Shown here one piece after another: positions 36,767 to 39,634 of a stretch of DNA of 39,634 bases. How positions within the stretch are numbered: the first letter of the stretch is position 1; each line of letters opens with the position of its first letter. The notes beneath the pieces were generated by a model. That model was not told where the DNA came from, searched no databases, and worked only from the letters and a program-made list of their open reading frames with translations. Source of the DNA: Octopus sinensis (taxonomy: Eukaryota); the NCBI RefSeq assembly GCF_006345805.1, contig NW_021835406.1, forward strand, positions 1 to 39,634, read 5' to 3'. The position numbers were made by a program, and so were the translations under genes.

Positions 36767-37116
36767 CACGCATACATACATACATATATTTATATCCTGA
36801 TACGCATACACGCTCATACAAATACACACACATATATATGTATGTATATATATATATATACATGGACATGTACACGTAAGCCTCCACACTCATATACACA
36901 CATATACAAACACACACACACATATATATGTTTGCATATGCATAGATAAACTGATATAGATATGCATATATATTATTAGTTAGTTAGATAGATAGATAGA
37001 TAGATAGAAGATAGATAGATAGATAGATACATGATTGCTATATATATATTATATATATGCACACACCCACAGATATATATATGTGTATATTACCATTTTA
37101 CATACACATATTCATG

Positions 37117-37169
<53 letters not shown>

Positions 37170-37788
37170 CATGTGCGTGCGGGTTTGTGTGTGTGCGTTC
37201 GTGTGTGTGTGTGTGTGGGTGTGTGTGCTTGCAGTCGTGTGTACATATTTAAATATAAATCAACCGAATCACATAATATGCAAAACAACACCCCCGGATA
37301 TTTGCAACAGTAAAACCGGAAATTAAGGATTTAACGAAGATATCCGGAGTGAATAAAAAAATAAAAATCGAAGAGGTACGAATTCAAGTGGTGGAGGGGA
37401 CTATATATGCACGCTTGTATATGTATGTAAGAATACGCACACACATACACACACACCGCACACACATACACTTACACACACGCACACACATATATATATA
37501 TATATATTCTGTTATTCTTTTAATATTTTACTCGCTTCAGCCACGCTGGAGCAACACTGCAGTCTTTCTGATTTCCTCATTCTAGGGCGTTTCACATCAC
37601 CACTCCCGTGTGTGCCTTTGCTCCAGTTGTTGGCATATTTGGTGTATAACGTAGTTTGATTCCGCTGCCCTCGTCTGCACCTCATGTCGGGGGCTGTGGG
37701 TTCATCCGGTATTGTGAAGACGATGATTTCTTAATTTTTGCAGATATCTTCATTTTTATTGCAGGGCATTGGAGAGCTAAAAATATAT

Positions 37789-38657
37789 ATTACATGGGAA
37801 AATGCGAGCGAGAGAAATAATATTCTTAAGATTATAAACCTGGAAAATTACAGGACAAGTTATTAACCTTGGGAAAATTCAGGACAACTTATTACATCTG
37901 TTAAAGTACAGAACAAAAAAAAAATTTACTTAAGATATTACAGCTATGGGTAAACTTTCAAATAAGATATTTAGATTTAGAAAATATTAGCTTTTATTAT
38001 AACTAAATATTTTATTACAGGTTATTATTTGTTATTTCTATTTAAAATAAAAAAAAATAACTCAAAATAGTTTTTGCGCTTTAAAATAATAATTTAAAAA
38101 ATTATTAGTTAATAATTAGCAATTTTAAAATAGGATATAAAAATATTAGTAGTACATAAGTAGTGAGAACAATAAATGGAAAAATAAAAAAAATTGTTAT
38201 ATATTACAGTAAAATCTACCTATAACAAAAAAATCCACAGTAAAATTTGCATGAGTTATTGCCTAAGTTATTGCCAAGTCTTCACATTTTTAGTCTTGAC
38301 CCAATGCATAATTTTTTATTTAATGAAGCTACCTACCATATATACAATTCTACTTTGCATAAATCTTTAGCTATATTAGTACTTCTGGCTCTCATTTTTC
38401 AAGTATTCTAGTGTGTCAATATTTTAACAAGCTGATAGTACCTCTTTTTAATTATAATGTTACTTTGTAAATGAAAATCAAGTAATTTTTAATATCCAAA
38501 TTTTATCTTTAGCTGTAATATTTTAACCAAAAATTTTCTTGTTCTGTACTTTACCAGATGTAATAAGTTGTCCTGAACTCTTCCAGCTTGTCCTGTAATT
38601 TTCCGGGTTTATAATCTTAGGAATATTATTTGTCTTGCTCGTATTTTTCCATGTAAT
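37789..38657. mobile_element. Long-TIR (foldback/MITE-like) non-autonomous DNA element
   Basis: Inverted arms at 37789-37946 and 38510-38657 (roughly 85-90% identical plus one ~10-nt indel) around a 563-bp very AT-rich spacer. Confidence 0.75.
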
Positions 38658-38912
38658 CCATATTATTTCCAGGCTATGCTATTATGCTAATTAATGTGTC
38701 ATTTAGCGGTGTCGTTGATAATTTTTTCCATACCTCAATGATGCTGATGACATATATCATAAGTCTCCTTATAGAAATATATTCATTAAAAAGTATAGAA
38801 GTATATTATCACCCTCAAATTTGAGAAACAAACCTCATTGCATGAGATTGATACCATGAAATTCCTCGAATTGAGCTCTATAATTTAAGCTTAATTAAAA
38901 AATAGCTTTAGA

Positions 38913-39119
38913 GATGCAGCAGGGAATCTTGTCAGTGAACAGGTCGTGGTCTCAAAGCGACGAAAATATTTTGACAAATTAAATTTAAATATTTAAGTGA
39001 ATCTAACAGTTTTTGTGTGTTTCTTAAATGGCTTATAAACACCTTCCACACTGCAATTGTTTTCGTTCCAACACACGATCTCAGATCAGGTCACTTGTTA
39101 TGCAGGTACATCTCCGTAA
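38913..39119 (+). mobile_element. Probable Penelope-like element pseudo-LTR/3' fragment
   Basis: Carries a minimal hammerhead followed by an AT-rich ATTAAA segment; boundaries approximate; PLE assignment inferred. Confidence 0.55.
38929..38977 (+). ncRNA. Minimal type-I hammerhead ribozyme motif, G3:C8 core variant
   Basis: UUGUCA-GUGAACA-G-GUCGU-(9 nt)-GCGAC-GAAA-AUAU-UU-UGACAA; helix I 6 bp perfect, stem II 5 bp, palindromic helix III. Confidence 0.7.
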
Positions 39120-39505
39120 ATACAATATCCTATTAAATTAGGTGGAAATCAAGTAGTTCGATACAATTATCTGTAAAACTCCAGAAAAGTTAAATTTCTA
39201 GATTAGGTTAGACATTGCTAGTCACCAATCTGCCTTTTCCTAATTATTTGATTATGAAATATGTAAAATCGTCGTCATAAACCCTTGACAAATATATCTG
39301 TAGATCCGATAGACATCAAAATTACTTTTTACATCATCAGCCCTAACAGAAATCTTGCCTGGACAAGAATCTATGTAACACGACTGCTCTTTAACTCTTG
39401 CAAGTCAAGGGCTTTTAACTTCATTAGGCTTTAAACATTCGCTCATATCCTCACAAACACACACATATACGTGAGTGTATGTATAAATGTATATATGTAT
39501 ATACG

Positions 39506-39634
39506 GGCGCAGGAGTGGCTGTGTGGTAAGTAGCTTGCTTACAAACCACATGGTTCCGATTTCAATCCCATTGCGTGGCTCCTTGGGCAAGTGTCTTCTA
39601 CTATAGCCTCGGACCGAATAAAGCCTTGTGAGTG
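39506..39634 (+). mobile_element. Family-C SINE 5' part, running off the window
   Basis: GGCGCAGGAGTGGCTGTGTGGTAAGTAGC head and CCTTGGGCAAGTG CORE. Confidence 0.9.

Noticed and set aside
37947-38509. Mitochondrial (numt) origin of the very AT-rich spacer
   Set aside because: No tRNA, rRNA or mitochondrial ORF recognisable; the flanking inverted arms explain it better as a transposon interior.

Overview
Eukaryotic, AT-rich, non-coding DNA, most likely intronic or intergenic sequence of an octopus (coleoid cephalopod). This is inferred from the extreme microsatellite load, the SINE families present and a mollusc-type 5S rRNA fragment. I find no intact protein-coding gene; nearly all ORFs in the track are translations of simple repeats or SINEs. 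The window is a mosaic of (TA)/(CA)/(TAGA)/(TACA)/trinucleotide repeats and several tRNA-derived SINE families, here labelled A, B, C and E plus older CORE-type families. It also holds an internally deleted mariner, a mariner-derived MITE, a long-TIR foldback element and the 3' end of an R4/Dong-like LINE inside (TAA)n. The most interesting signals are: (i) three unrelated minimal type-I hammerhead ribozyme motifs with palindromic helix III, as in Penelope-like elements, one carrying a G3:C8 covariant core; (ii) a 5S rRNA/SINE chimera flanked by one target-site duplication (TSD); (iii) family-A SINEs that occur as 184- or 217-bp tandem multimers and can insert as a unit. All alignments and folds were done by eye. 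Family names are from memory and need RepeatMasker/Dfam, Infernal or BLAST confirmation. Boundaries of old repeats are approximate.
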